Assembly: GCF_001194135.2 (NCBI RefSeq)
Contig: NC_068988.1
Location: 21,079,432 to 21,143,431, forward strand
Direction of reading: 5' to 3'
Length of the DNA stretch: 64,000 nt
DNA from: Octopus bimaculoides
Taxonomy: Eukaryota
In this document: positions 13,099-28,300 of the stretch, one piece after another
Layout of the letters: every line of letters begins with the position of its first letter
Numbering within the stretch: position 1 is the first letter of the stretch
Made by a program: the position numbers and the translations under genes
The notes under the pieces: generated by a model
Seen by the model: only the letters and a program-made list of their open reading frames with translations
Told to the model about the DNA's origin: nothing
Databases searched by the model: none

Positions 13099-14556
13099 AA
13101 TACTAATAACATGAGGCTTTTGCCCAATGTCTGTTGTCCATGCTGGCGTGGGTTGGATGGTTTGACTGGGCTGGCACACTGGAAAGCTGCGCCAGACTCC
13201 AGTTTGATTTGACATGGTTTTCTACGGTTGGATGCCCTTCCTAATGCCAACCACTGCGAGAGTGTAATGGGTGTGTTTACGTGCCAATTTGCGTGACATC
13301 AGTATCTGCCACGACTGCGATTTTGCTTGGCTTCATGAGTCTTCTTCTCAAGCACGACATAATGCCAAATTGTCTATTGCCTCCGTGAGGCTCAACAAGG
13401 GAATGTTGGGCCTCACAGAAGCAATAACCCCCCAGCATGGACGCAGTCTAATGACTGAAACAAGTAAAAGATAAAAGATACTTGTGTGTAAAAAATTTTT
13501 GAATATTACATTTTTCAAGACATTCAAGTACAGATTTTTCTAAATCCTTAAATGATGTTTTTAAAAATCTAAATTATATCTATATACCCCTTGTGGCACA
13601 CTAATGCACCATGAGGCACCAACTGAAAACCACTGATGATTTGAAGTGGGTCTAAACGATAACATTAACCACATGATGGCACCACCGTTCGAGCATGATT
13701 GTTACCAGCGTCGCCTTCCTGGCACTTGTGTCGCAGCTTCGCCTTCTTGGCACTTGTGCCGCAGCTTTGCCTTCCTGGCACTTGTGCCACAGCTTCGCCT
13801 TCCTGGCACTTGTGCCGGTGGCACATGGAAAGTCATTCGAGCGAGGTCATTGCCAGTGCCGCTGGACTGGCTCCTGTGCAGGTGGCACATAAAATACACC
13901 ATTTTGAGCGTGGCCGTTGCCAGTACCGCCTGACTGGCCTTCGTGCCGGTGGCACGTAAAAGCACCCACTACACTCTCAGAGTGGTTGGCGTTAGGAAGG
14001 GCATCCAGCTGTAGAAACTCTGCCAAATCAGATTGGAACCTGGTGTAGCCATCTGGTTCGCCAGTCCTCAGTCAAATCGTCCAACCCATGCTAGCATGGA
14101 AAGCAAACGTTAAACAATAATGACTAATGTAAAAATGTGTAAGGCAATGTTCTAACATTTCTTAAGGCATACAGAAGTGTCAGATGTTGGGGAAATGGTA
14201 ACAAGTGAACTGACGAATATAGTAAACACCTTATTATCTGGCACCACTGAGATGGTGGTGATGATGATGATGATGATGATGGTAACTTCATTGCTGACAA
14301 TCATCCAGTTATTAATGTCACTTTGAGTTTACAGACAAAATATTTGTGCTGTTGTTGTTTTTGTTGCAGTGGCTTAGGCTGTTTATAATGACATTTCATG
14401 TTACAGTTGGTTGCTATGGTGACTACTAATATTAGCAGGAATTCAGTAGCAAAAAAAAAAAAAAAAAGAAAAAATCAATGTGAACAGAAATAAACATTAT
14501 CTGAATCGGAACAAGATGCTGATGATGGGTGATATTAATAAGGACAGTGATGATGA

Positions 14557-14588
<32 letters not shown>

Positions 14589-15254
14589 ATGGTAACTATG
14601 GCTTTGAGGATAATGGTGATGAGTATAGTTATGATGATGATGAAGATTATGTGCAAATATGTTGCTAGTGACAATAGGGATAACAGTAATGATGATAGGA
14701 AAAATGTGACAGCAACAATGGTTACCCCTCCTCCTCTTCTTCCTCTCCTCTTCTTTCTCCTTCCTTCTCTTTTTCATCCCTCCACCTCTTCGTCCTCCTC
14801 TTCCTCTTCCCCGCTTCTTTCTCCTTACTTCTCTTCTTCATCCCCTTCTCCTCCTCTTCTTCATCTCCTCTTTTTCTTTGTCCCTCCTCTTCTTCATCCC
14901 CTCTTTTTTGTTCCCTCCTATTCTTCTTTGTCCCCTTCTCCTCTTCTTCATCGTTTCCTCCTCTTCGTCTTCATACCCTCTTCTTCTTCATCTCCTCTTC
15001 TTCTTTGTCCCCTCCTCCTTGTCTTCGTCCCCTGTTTTTCACCCCCCCTCCCCTCTTCCTCCTCTTCTTTCTTCCCTTCCCCCTTTTCTTCCTCCTCCTC
15101 CTCACCATCCGACTTTGCCTTTCATCCTTTCAGGGTCGATAAATTAAATACCAGTTTCATACTGGGGTTGATCTAATCGACTGGCCCCCTCCCCAAGAAT
15201 TTCAGGCCTACTGCCTAGTGTAAAAAAAAAGAAAAAAATAGCAATGATAATAAT

Positions 15255-15291
<37 letters not shown>

Positions 15292-18200
15292 CATCATTCT
15301 GACTCTTACAACGTCTATTTCCAGATCCCTTCCAATGTGTTCTCTCTCTGTAAAGTCCTGAACAAAGAGGTAAGACATGATTTGATCAGCTTAAGGAAAT
15401 ATTGAGTAAAGTTGTTACTGTATTTGCTGTTGCTGTTCAGCTCAGACCAGCCTTGCTTTCAGCTGACCTATGACTAGGCCTTCAGCATTCAGCTTACTCT
15501 GTCAAACGTAATACTTATTTATTCCTGTTCTTTTTAATTAATTATATGATAATGAAATTACTCTGTATTGTGCTCGGGTGCACTACAATTCATCATTATC
15601 TTGCTTTGAGTGTCAGTTATAGATTAAATGAAAAGAAAAAAAACTTTATTGTATTGATGTATTTTCCAAGTTCTATTTAGATTTTTTAATTTTGTTTTTA
15701 CTTTCTAAAAGAATATTTTTTTATCACTTCAGATTTTGTTGCTTCATGATAATTGGTTAACTTCTCTAAAAGCTGGTGATTGTGGAATGAGTGATTTGGT
15801 AAAAATTCGGGTAAGTCATGCTTTCGTATCTTTTGTATATAATGTGTACGTGGAGAGATAGAGAGAGAGAGAGTGTGTGTGTGTATGTGTACTCTAGCTC
15901 TTGGCCTAGAGTTTCTGTGAATCCTACTGAATTTCTATACCTTCAATTTTTCAGTTTTAATAACTTGCAATTCTTGAGATGTACTATTCATAATCCATAT
16001 GAGTTAATTTTTAGTGTACAATACTTGGGATATAGTTTGTAGCTTAAGAAAACCATATTGTACTACTACTAAAAATAATATTAAAAGATATACAGTGTTG
16101 CCTTCCTGGCACTTGTGCCGGTGGCACGTGAAAAGACATTCGAGTGAGGTCGTTGCCAGTGCCGCCGGACTGACTCCTGTGCAGGTGGCACATAAAATAC
16201 ACCATTTTGAGCGTGGCCGTTACCAGTACTGCCTGACTGGCCTTCGTGCCGGTGGCACATGAAAGCACCCACTACACTCTTGGAGTGGTTGGCATTAGGA
16301 AGGGCATCCAGCTGTAGAAACTCTGCCAAATCAGATTGGAGCCTGGCGTAGCCATCTGGTTCACCAGTCCTCAGTCAAATCGTCCAACCCATGCTAGCAT
16401 GGAAAGCGGACGTTGAACGATGAACGATGATAACCGTGTATCTCCTTTACTCCATGACACCTATTATGACCCTGTATTCATACTCTAACTTCTCATCACC
16501 TGGCACAAAGCGACCTCCCTCAATACAATTCTGAGCCCAATTGAGCGGGTCTTGTCTTGTGAGTTACTTGGTGACCTCACTGGTGCTAGTGCCACCAGCA
16601 CAATGAAGTAGGGTTCAAGGAAACAAAACAAAAATAAAACACACACACACACACACACATTGCATCTATTTAATATCCAATGTGGGTACTTTGAAAATAC
16701 CCACCAGAGTCACAACCATGTCCTACATACTTATAGGCTGCCCTTTGGTATAACATAACACCCATTTAGCTATCCTGCCAAGGATACAGTGAAGTCACGG
16801 GACTGCAGTACTGCAGATTGTGAAGAGGAAGTGGAAGAGATAAACTGATTCATTCTTATATCAATGCTGAACAGAGGGATCCTAGGAGCTCAATGCTCAC
16901 AATCACCAAGCTCTATCGAGAGAGTAACTGCAGTGCTTATATAGCGGTGGCATCCACGGTTGTGTAATCAGCTAATGAAGGAGTCATTTGGACTCAAGCT
17001 CCCTATTCAAATAATGAAATTAGATGAATCGTGACAGAGAGTCATGGGAGTCTGTGCAAGCAGCTTGACTGGATAGATATCCAACACACTTCTACTACAC
17101 TTACCACTACTCAGCCTTATATGATGTGGGGTAGCCATGTATCTCTTCTATAGCAAGACACCTCTGTGTGTCCCTCTATTATATTTTAGTCTCTCAAACC
17201 TGGCATTCAGCCTCCTCCTCATTTCTAATACTCCCCCTCACTTAGTCATAGGCTCTTTTTCGTTTTCTATTCTTTTATTGTTTTGCAACTTAGTGACTTC
17301 ACTTGTGCTGGTGGCATGAAAACAGAGCACCCAGTACACATTGTAGGGTGGTTGACATTAGGAAGAGTATCCAACTGTAGAAAACATGCCAAAGCTTTCA
17401 TATTTCTGTATTGCCCACAAGGGGCTAAACATAGAGGGGACAAAGAGATTAAGTTGATTACATCAACCCCAGTGCATAACTGGTACTTAATTTATCGACC
17501 CCGAAAGGATGAAAGGCAAAGTCGACCTCGGCGGAATTTGAACTCAGACCGTAAAGACAGGCAAAATACCGCTAAGCATTTCGCTTGGCGTGCTAACATT
17601 TCTGCCAGCTCGCCACTTTCATTGAAGCTTGATATGGCCCTGTAGCACATCAGATCTTATCAAACTGTTCAACCCATGCCAACAGGGAAAGCAGACATCA
17701 AATGATGATGATGATTCTCTCCTGCCATCATCCATAACACCATGTAGTGATGCTTGCTCTCATGTGGTCTTTCACTCAACACTTTACTTCTGTCAACATC
17801 CTGACACACAAATAGAGAGATCTATTTCCTTGATGCTCATTCACTCATAACTAATTCTCTAACATTCCACAGTAACTACCCTGCATTCTGAAGGGAAAAA
17901 TTGTACATCCCTTTCTTTCGCTAACATGACAAGCTCTCAGAAAGTATGTACAACTCGGCAAATTATGTATTTAGCCAAGCATGTGTAAGTGAAGAGCTAC
18001 ATCTCCTATGTTTAAATTGTTGTTGTTTAGTCCCGAGTCAGTCCTGACCAAGTGGATCTATAGTCAAAAATATTCCAACAATAACCATCTATTTTATACA
18101 TTTATACATATATATCCTGCGAAATCGTGATGGCACCTGTGCCCAGCATCGCCTTCCTGGCACTTATGCCGGTGGCACGTGTAAAGACATTCGAGCGAGA

Positions 18201-21200
18201 TCGTTGCCAGTGCCGCTGGACTGGCTCCTGTGCAGGTGGCACGTAAAAAATACACCATTCTGAGCATGGCCGTTGCCAATACCGCCTGACTGGCCTTCAT
18301 GCCGGTGGCATGTAAAAGCACCCACTACACTCTCGGAGTGGTTGGCATTAGGAAGGGCATCCAGCTGTGGGAACTCTGCCAAATCAGATTGGAGCCTGGT
18401 GTAGCCATCTGGTTCACCAGTCCTCAGTCAAATTGTCCAACCCATGCTAGCATGGAAAGCGGACGTTAAACGATGATGATGATGATGATCCTTCACTACA
18501 ACGTTCCCTATTTTCTTCCTTTTTTGAAAAACAAGATAGCCGGATATAATTTGAGGGAATTTCTTTGCTATTTCAAACAGATTGAATGACCATGTAAAGG
18601 TTCTATCATTGATTTGAATGTATGTATATCTAATTGTTTATCTTCTTCACCATTTACTCCCAGGTACTTGATGCACACAATAATTCTATCAAACATCTAC
18701 CAGAAAATATTGACCAGGTTCGCAGCTTACAGGTAAATAGAAATGTTACTGTTGTCTTTTTAGGAATTCGAATGATTACATTATAATATTCTTTATGTTG
18801 CTGTTAAGCCCCAAGTGAACTGTGACAGAACAGACCTATAATCAAAAAGTATTCCAGCCGTGGCCATCCCATCCTTTTAGAGATATCTAATACTTCTTTA
18901 TCTAATGTGTTCATTAGATGGCAGGATGTAATTAAAAAGAGATTTGGCTGGTATTTCTAGCTTCTTGAGCAGCTGCATTTATCATAATAGTGTTATTGTA
19001 ATACAGGTTGGTTTACAAAATTGGCATTGTGCCATTTGAGAAATTTGTGTCATGCACACAAACTAAATCACGTAGAAGCTTTACTCAAATAGTTTGGTAT
19101 TCAAATGTAAGAGAGTATATTCAGCATTGTTCTAAAATAATTTTGGTATTAGTCCAAATGCATACAGGTGACAGTTTCAGTTGAATTGGACTTCAACAGC
19201 TCCAGTGCAATGAGGAACATGCATGCCATTTCTCATTCACATTATTTATGCTTTAGTTGATATCCAGGTTAAACCATCTGGTGGTATGGATTTAGCAAGT
19301 AGTTTTTACTGAAAACTATGTTACTCACCATAATCATCACAGGGATCAGGTTGAGCTTGCTTGGGTTCTCATGATTCTGATCCTCCACCCATCTCTTGTC
19401 TTCCATGATATATGGCAGTTTTTCTCAGTGACATCCTGTATCATCTGTAAACGAATTGACATACGTTTTTGCAAGGGGGTCATTGCATATATGACTATTT
19501 CGAAGTGTCCATTGGAAGTTCTTGACTTAGTAACTCCTCCTTATGTGTCCAGCACTGCTCAGCAAAGTCAGCTCTGTTTTTTCTAATGATGTTTGCTACT
19601 TTAAGAAGTTTATTGTATCTTCCCTTGGTGATGTTTTCTTTCCTAGGTACATTATAAATGGCACCATAGCTTGGCTCCCGGACCGATGGCATGTGAAAAG
19701 CACCATTCGAGTGTGATCGTTGCCAGCATTGCCTTACCGGCACATGTGCCGGTGGCACGTGAAAAACAACATTTGAGCATGGTCATTGCCAGTGCTGCTG
19801 AACTGGCTCCCTTGCAGGTAGCACGTAAAAAAACACCTTTTGAGTGTGGTTGTTGCCAGAACTGCCTGACTGGCCCTCATGCCGGTGACATATAAAAGCA
19901 TCCACTACACTCTCAGAGTGGTTGGTGTTAGGAAGGGCATCCAGCTGTAGAAACTTTGCCAGATCAGATTGAGCCTGGTGCAGCCTCTGGCTCACCAGTC
20001 TTCAATCAAACCGTCCAACCCATGCTAGTATGGAAAGCAGACGTTAAACGATGATGATGTAGTGTACATATGTAGGTGCCACCCCAACATAGTTTCGAAG
20101 CTTTTGGTTAGTGTTCAGATGAAAGAGCTAGAGATAAAGTGCAAAAGATTTTGGCTAGCCTATGGAACCCTCTGAGAAACAGTAGATACAGTAGTGATGT
20201 TCTACAAAACCACTTGAGCTAAAATGCACTCATCTGATGGGGCCACAGAATTTTCTAATAATATACTTATGGATGTTTTACAAAAAGACACCCTTGCACT
20301 TTTCTTTTTATTCTCTTAACTGTCCTCTGCAACTCAGTAGAATACAACAAAGAATATGGCTTTACCCTCACAAAATCAAGAAGCTCCAGATATCCAGCCT
20401 TCACAATAACAGATGCAGAATAAACATGCTGATGAATTAGTCTTAATGTGAGATACAAATGCTGAGGCTACTACCATACTTCACAGTCTGCAAGGTGTTG
20501 CAGTTGGCATTGGTTTGTGTGTTAGTGCTAGAAAAATGGCATTTATTTGGTACAACCTGGAAATTACGGTTGCCTCATTATCTGGAAACTTGATAAAATC
20601 AGCAATTTTTTTCATGTACTTAGTAGCTTAATTACAAAGGCAGAAATTAAGTTACTTATACATATTGGCTTCAAAATTTGGCAAGCTCAGTGGAGGGGTT
20701 AAGTCAATTACATTGACCCCCAATGTTCAACTGGTACTTATTTTATCAACCCTGAAAGGTTGGAAAGACAAAGTCAACCTCAACAGAATTTGAAATCAGA
20801 TCATAAATACTGACAAAATGCCACTGAGCATTTTTCCCAGCATGCTATAGATTCTGCCAGCTCATCACCTGAAGCTACATATACATAAAGCTAAAGTAGC
20901 ATTATATAGAAATCTAACTTGAAAGAAAATCTGCAAAAGAACTTCTGCTGTACAATGGTTGACTCTATTGCTTTGAGGCAGACCTGAACACACACCATAG
21001 AGCATTGAATTTTATTTATTTATTTGGTCTTGCTCTGAAATAATCTACTAAATCATATTTCTTTCTCATTCTCTTCTAGGTCTTAAATTTAGAAGGCAAC
21101 AAGTTGAAGAAAATCCCAGAGTCCATTGGAAATTTAAAGTTTTTACAGTCTTTAAATCTCAAAGGTAATTTTTCTTGTTGGTCGTTATTAATTTTTTTTG

Positions 21201-23162
21201 TTTTTGTTTTGTAATTATTAATATTTTCTTTGATTTATGTTGTTCATATACAGTAACTTGCACCAATGTACCTTATGCATATGTAAATACTATGCACAAA
21301 ACTCCAACTAATGAACACCTACCTCAGAAACAGCTGTAAAGAGTTTAACATAATATTACTTATTAAGAGTTTTAGAGAATACTATGTTGTGTGTTTGTAG
21401 ATGTGTACTCAAACATGGGTGTATGTATTTTTATGAATGTGTGTATTGTGTGATCTGATGAATATGCCTCTGAATATACTTACATGTGTGTGTGTTGTTG
21501 CATGAAACACTCTTTGTTTCATATGTTTATATAGATATCACTGCTATATATATGGATTTATTATTAAAACACAAATATACTATAGGTGCAGGAGTGGCTG
21601 TGTGGTAAGTAGCTTGCTTACCAACCACATAGTTCCGGGTTCAGTTCCACTGTGTGGCACCTTGGGCAGGTGTCTCCTACTATAGCCTCAGGCCGACCAA
21701 AGCCTTGTAAGTAGATTTAGTAGGCAGAAACTGAAAGAAGCCCGTCGTATATATGTATGTATGTTTGTGTGTGTGTGTGTGTGTGTCCAACATTGCTTGA
21801 CAAACGATGCTGGTGTGTTTATGTCCCCGTAACTTAGCGGTTCGGCAAAAGAGACTGATAGAATAAGTACTAGGCTTACAAATAATAAGTCCTGGGGTTG
21901 ATTTGCTCGACTAAAGGCGGTGCTCCAGCATGGCCACAGTCAAATGACTGAAACAAGTAAAAGTAAAAAAAAAGTAAAACAAATTCGTAAATGTAATTTT
22001 AACAGAATATTTCCATACACATTCTTTTTTATGTGATACATTTTTTTTTTAAGATGGCAGGGTGTGATTTGTGAGAAATTTAATTAGTGTCTCTAGCATT
22101 GCTAAGTCTTTAGGCTCGTTGCTAAGTTAGTTGTTAGCATCTGTATTGATTATATTCTATGTTGTATTGATGATGATGGTGATGTATGTTCTGCTGGCTA
22201 GGTCAGTGGTTCTAACAAATGCATGTTTTCTTATGTATTGCAGGAAATAAATTAAAAGAAATCCCCACCAGTCTCAGCAATTTATCGTCCCTCCGAACTC
22301 TTGACCTCTCCAACAACCAATTAACTAATCTGCCAACTGAATTGTGGAAATTGCGTGCTTTAGAGAACTTGCTTGTGGATGCTGCAAATATGGTTCATCC
22401 ACCTGCAGGTGAGACATCAACTACATCCTTTTAGGGTCAATGAAATAAGAACCGGCCTAATGTTGAGATTGATTTCATTTACTGATTGTTTCCAGAAAAT
22501 ACATTACCTTATGCATCGTTAGAAAATAATCACCATTATCATTATCATCATTGTCATTGTTATCATCAGCACCACCACCAGCTTCTTTTCTTCTTCTTCT
22601 TCTCATTGTTATTGAGTGAGAGAGCAGTGCATACCATCAAAGTGAAACTGGGGTAAAATATACGAAGCCCAGTATATCCATCATGACTACCCGTCTGATA
22701 AGGGTGCACTAGGCACATGCATCACAACCATATGTACGCGACATGGCGATCTCATATCAAGATTAACAGCGCATGACCTTGCAGATGGGGCCCAGTTAGA
22801 ATTATCTTCAGATTGAGTAGCCCATCCCTTTCAAAAGGTCCCTGAATAAGGNNNNNNNNNNNNNNNNNNNNNNNNNNNNNNNNNNNNNNNNNNNNNNNNN
22901 NNNNNNNNNNNNNNNNNNNNNNNNNNNNNNNNNNNNCCCCACTACTTCTGCTCGTGATCAGAGATGCACATATGATCAACCACCAAGGGACATTTCTCAA
23001 CTGGTTACGGTCAAACAACTGACAAGCAAATCTGTGGTATTGAGCAGAATATTTGCTGTAGCCCATCTTTTATACCAAGACAAAGCAATGTACATGATAA
23101 CACTTCCAATCAGTTAAGATGAGAAGCCATGAAAGCCATTGCCTGGTACTGCATCAGAGCAT

Positions 23163-23221
<59 letters not shown>

Positions 23222-25277
23222 TTTATTAAGGCAGTGAGCTTGTAGAATCATTAGCATGCCAGGCAAAATGCTTAGTGGCATTCCATCTTAATGTTCTGAG
23301 TTCAAATTCCATGGAGGTTGACTTTGCCTTTCATCTTTTCAGGCTCGATGAAATAAGTACCAGTTATGCACTGGGCTTGATGTAATTGACTAGTCTCCTC
23401 CCTCCATATTTCAAGTCTTGTGCCTATAGTAGAAAGGACTATTATTATTATCATTATTATTATTTCATTTTACAGAGGTTTGTTCCCAAGGTACTGAAGC
23501 AATTATGAAATTCCTTTGCTCAGGTGAGACTAATCTTCAATTTGTTTTTTCCCCCCCCATTTTCTTTTTCCAAATTTCAGTTTATAATTTCAAATAAAGA
23601 ATTGAAATAGACAAGGAGATGCAATGTCACAGCCCACCTCCTGGATCATTAATAGTAAATTCTCTTATCATGCAAACAAAGATTTGGACTCTTTCTACTG
23701 TTTTCAATACTAGTTTATAATTAATTTTGTTAGCATTTGCTATTAGAGAGCAACAGTGTCATAATTATCTTAACCCATTACCTCCCATAATTCTATTAAC
23801 TGGAATTTTTTTTATGAAACTTTGATTTCTAGCATAAAACAGCCTTAGAAACACGCTGGAATGATCAAAATAACATTTCAAAATAACATTTTAAATAGAA
23901 ATAAGCGAGATATTGGGTGAAAAATTAGCAAACCTCATTTGAATATCAGAGAAATCTACTTAGTAGATATAGCAAAAAGGTTAGATATGTGTAAATATTG
24001 ACAGATAATTACGAAATTTGTAATTTTTAAGTGATCTCATATGAGATCATTGGTAGGTAATGGATTAATAAGATGAGTGGTTAACATGTGAGAGACTGTT
24101 TGTAGAAGTGGTCATAGTTACCAGAATGATTTTGGAAAGAAACAACAGGATTAACTGCAAAATAGATGCCACTGTCACTATGAGAGCAACTGCTAGCCGA
24201 AAAGGTGCCCTTTAAATGTCATGTATATGGCCTAGGTCAGGGGTTTTCAAACTGTGGTCCGCGGACCACAGGGGGTCCGTAAGGACAAGACAGGGGGTCC
24301 GTGGACAGCAAATACTTTTTATGGGCAATTTGATTTTATATATGTTTTTTAATTGAAATCTTTTAATTGACAATAAACCTATTCTGTTAAATACTGTTAA
24401 ATAAATAAATGTAAAAATATATGTTATTTTAAGCAAATATTTATGTATAAATTTCATAAGCCTGAAATATAAAGGGGTCTGCAAGTCAAAAAGTTTGAAA
24501 ACCCCTGATATAGAGATATGTATTGCTTAATCTTTTTGATACCAACAGATCACCTCATGGTTCTATGATACAAACTTTTTAAGTGGTATAAATTAGAGCC
24601 TTCAAAATTTCATGTTAATTTATGTTCCAAACACCAATGACAAGGTAGTTTACTAAATTCTTCATTATTTTCAAAATTAATTGAAACAAATTCAGTGTAT
24701 TAAAAGGGTTGAAGTGAGTGTATCTATTCCTCTTGAAATATTATTTAACCGAATCTGTTATTTCCAATTTCATCAGAATCTGGAGAAGAATACATACCTC
24801 CATCACAGTTTCTACTCCAAGTGTTGGATTCCTCAGAAAAGAAACACCAAATGTCCAGTACATTTAGTGACCATTCTGTAAAACTTTTACAAGAAGATGC
24901 ATTGATGATGGTCAGTATTTAAGTTCTCTTGATTTCTGTGTGCGTGTATTATAAATGTATATGGGTATATATGAGCATATTTTAAAACAAAAAATGCAAA
25001 TATTTAAAAAAAAATTACAAAGCAAAGACACAAACTGACGCCTTTGAACAAAAATACCGTTTGCGCTTTTGTTTTGCCCGAGTTACATAGCCAATCCTTG
25101 TTACTTTTGTGGTATGTTGTAAATTCAGAGAAGCAGTGATTGATCCACTGTAAACATGTACCCAACAATGGTTTTGTTCTCAAAATGCAATATAAAATAT
25201 ATAAATAATTCACACATACATTATTTACATTTGACGGATATTTGTCCTCATCTTGTTTGCTGTTAACACAACGTTAA

Positions 25278-25329
<52 letters not shown>

Positions 25330-28300
25330 TACATTGAAAAATACGTTAGGAATGAGAAACCAGGTTTGAAATTTTCCCAAGGCACCTGATGAAGGCTGGA
25401 GGGTATATCAACCAAAACGTTGTGTTAACAGCAAACAAATTAAGGACAAATATCTGTCAAATGTAAATAATGTACATAATTCCTCATCTCTTAAATATAG
25501 AATTGTAATACACACATACTCATACATACACCTCTCTCTCTATTTTCCATTTTCCTCATCTGTTTGTCAAAATTCAACATCTGAATATACTTTCTGTATA
25601 TTATACATATGTTTTGTGTTTGTGTTAAGCTGAGGCATAAATCAGTTTGTAAAAAAATATATATTTTAAGTACCATTGAGTAGCACCACGTTTCTGCACT
25701 AGATTCTTCAACTCAATTTCATTTCTCAGTCTTTTAATATTTCACTTCATATGTGAATTTCTTAACAACACAGCCATTTCTATACTCTGTCTAGTCACCA
25801 ATTTATATTTTTTTCTTATCATAAATGGTCTAGCTGCTAATGCTGTCTCCCCATTTTGCATTGGATTAATAAATGTTGATCATTTATTAACTTTGACGTA
25901 TATTTTTTTGTGTCAAACTCATAATATTAGTAGAGACTTGTTCCATCTTTCTGACATTGTTTGAATTCATCTCATTCTGTGGTTTCTTTTACTTACAGCA
26001 AGATATTGAGAAATACGCTAACTTACAGGTGAGTAAAACGTTACTTCTATTTGTATTATTTACGAGCCACTGATAACTGAATCACTTACTGAATGACAAG
26101 CTGATGTCAGTGGGTGGGTTTGGTCATCTACATGATGACTAGACATGGTAGATATGGCAGATAAATCTCTCACTCTCAAGTCACACATCATATTGTTTGA
26201 AAAAGGAAGGACACTTTAGATAATGTAGTATCTAAGAGCAAAGGTGGGCACTGTTAATTGAAAGCTTAACTTTGTTAACCATTAAACCATTAACCAAAAA
26301 GTGAACTTCGATAACTGTTAACCAGTTAATTCTTTAAAAATGTAACAGAAGTTATCGATAAATGGTTAACATTAATTTTTATTATAGAAAAAAACAAAAA
26401 ATCAGTTTTTGCTCTAAAACCACCTAAAAACACCTTTTAAAAGTGCCAAAACTATAAAATCAGCCTTTTTTGGTCTTTTTAAGAGCTTCAGAACTCAAAA
26501 ACTATAGTTTTGTTTTGTCTTAGAGTTAAAAATGCTGATTTTATAGTTTTAACTTTTAAAAGACCTAAAAAAAGGCTAATTTCATAGTTTGGGCCCTTTT
26601 TAAGGTTTTTAAATGCTTTTAGAGCCAGAAAAGGGTAAAAAAAGAAACTCAAATGCAACGCTATTAGTATTAAACTAAAAAAGTTTATTGATAAAGTGGC
26701 CATAAAATTTTTTTGTTTTTAAATGAAAAACATGATATATACATAATTTAATTTTTCGTCTTCTCATTCTCCATTTTGTTCATGAGATGCATGTTTCTCT
26801 TCATGAAAATTACCATGTCAAAGTTTTTCATCAGACAGGGATGATCTCTTGACCCTCAAGATGTCCTTGCCCACAGAGAACAAATGCTCCACTGCAGCAC
26901 AGGAGGGGTTGGCTATGTTAAACTTGATGAACAAGTCCACTAACACTTGCTCACCCATGAAAACAGCATCTGTCAGGAAGCCCTTGGAGTTGGTCTCCAA
27001 CCAGGTCTTGATCAGATTCTGGGCCTTGTCCTTGAGTGACCTGTGGCTCCTGCTGCTCTCTTTTGGCTGGGTGACACCATTGAAGAAATTTCCTCCTCCT
27101 CTTCATTGTTGCTGCCTCCACTGTTGCTGCTCACTTCATCAGACTGCTCCTTCATGGCCTCCTCGATCTTACCCTCCGTGTTTAGTGAACTTGGTGTTGT
27201 CATATTTATCCAACCAGATGAGACGAAACCTGGGTTGGAAGGCAGCAGCCAGCTGGCATTCCTCATCCCTCAGGAGGGTCCTAAACCTTTTGTCAAGAGT
27301 AGGTTGACCAAGGGGCTGCAGTAGACAAGGCCCTTGGACTTCAAGTCCTTGAGCCTAAAGATCGTCGCAGCAACTTGCGTTAACAGAAACTAAATGTAAT
27401 GGAAGTTAACTAGTCTGATAATGATTTCCAAAGTCAACTTAAAAGTTATATCGTTAACGAAAATGTTAACTTCATTAATTAATGATTAATGGATTAATGG
27501 TTTGGTACCCAGGTTTGTCAGAGATACCACAATATCTGAAAATAAGACAGAATAAGCCTAACTTGAGTGCTTTTGACTAGAGGACTGCTTGATCAGGGCT
27601 GACCTGGGATTGAACAACAACAACAACTTATTGATTGAGTCATAGGGAGCTGCTGTATATTTGCTTAACCAGCTCGATATAGCAGCCAATGCTTCTTTGA
27701 TAAATATCTTATAATCTTATATCATTATAATGTGGGTGAATGTTAGAATTACATAAATACACGTATTGTGTTTATTAAATGATATTTATCTCTTACCAAA
27801 TGGAGTACTTTTTTTGTTGATCTTACCATCACGGAACAATACATTATAAAGTAATAACCTTATAATGTGCACTTCAAAGGTCCTCTACAGTTATTGGCTA
27901 CCATATGCTACCTTACAGCAGGCGTACTCCTTTTACTGGATACACATGTGGAAATCTGTTAGTGTACACAGAATTCATACAAAAAAATTATAAAACAAGA
28001 AGATGAAATGAACAGTCTTTAACCCAGACCTACATCAAAGTACCTATCTATAGTCATCTAGTCCTCTCTTGTGTACAACTATTGAATATGTTCAATAAAT
28101 TTTGCTATTTTGTGAAAGGCCAAACACTAAAAATAACATTGGTCAATTTTCTATTTGCCACAGGAAAAGAAACGTCAAGAACGAATGGCATTTAACCGCC
28201 AGTATGAGGAGGACGAGAAGAAATTTGCCAAGATGGCAGCTTCAGCACTAAAAGAGAAAGACCATTTAGTATCAACTATTGCACAAGTAGGTCTCATTTG

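Noticed and set aside
14432-15176. Poly-Asp, poly-His, poly-Met and Ser/Pro-rich ORFs
   Set aside because: Translations of (GAT)n and CT low-complexity DNA; no splice or homology support
26849-27324. Plus-strand ORFs of 152 and 93 aa
   Set aside because: Antisense shadows of the hAT transposase remnant
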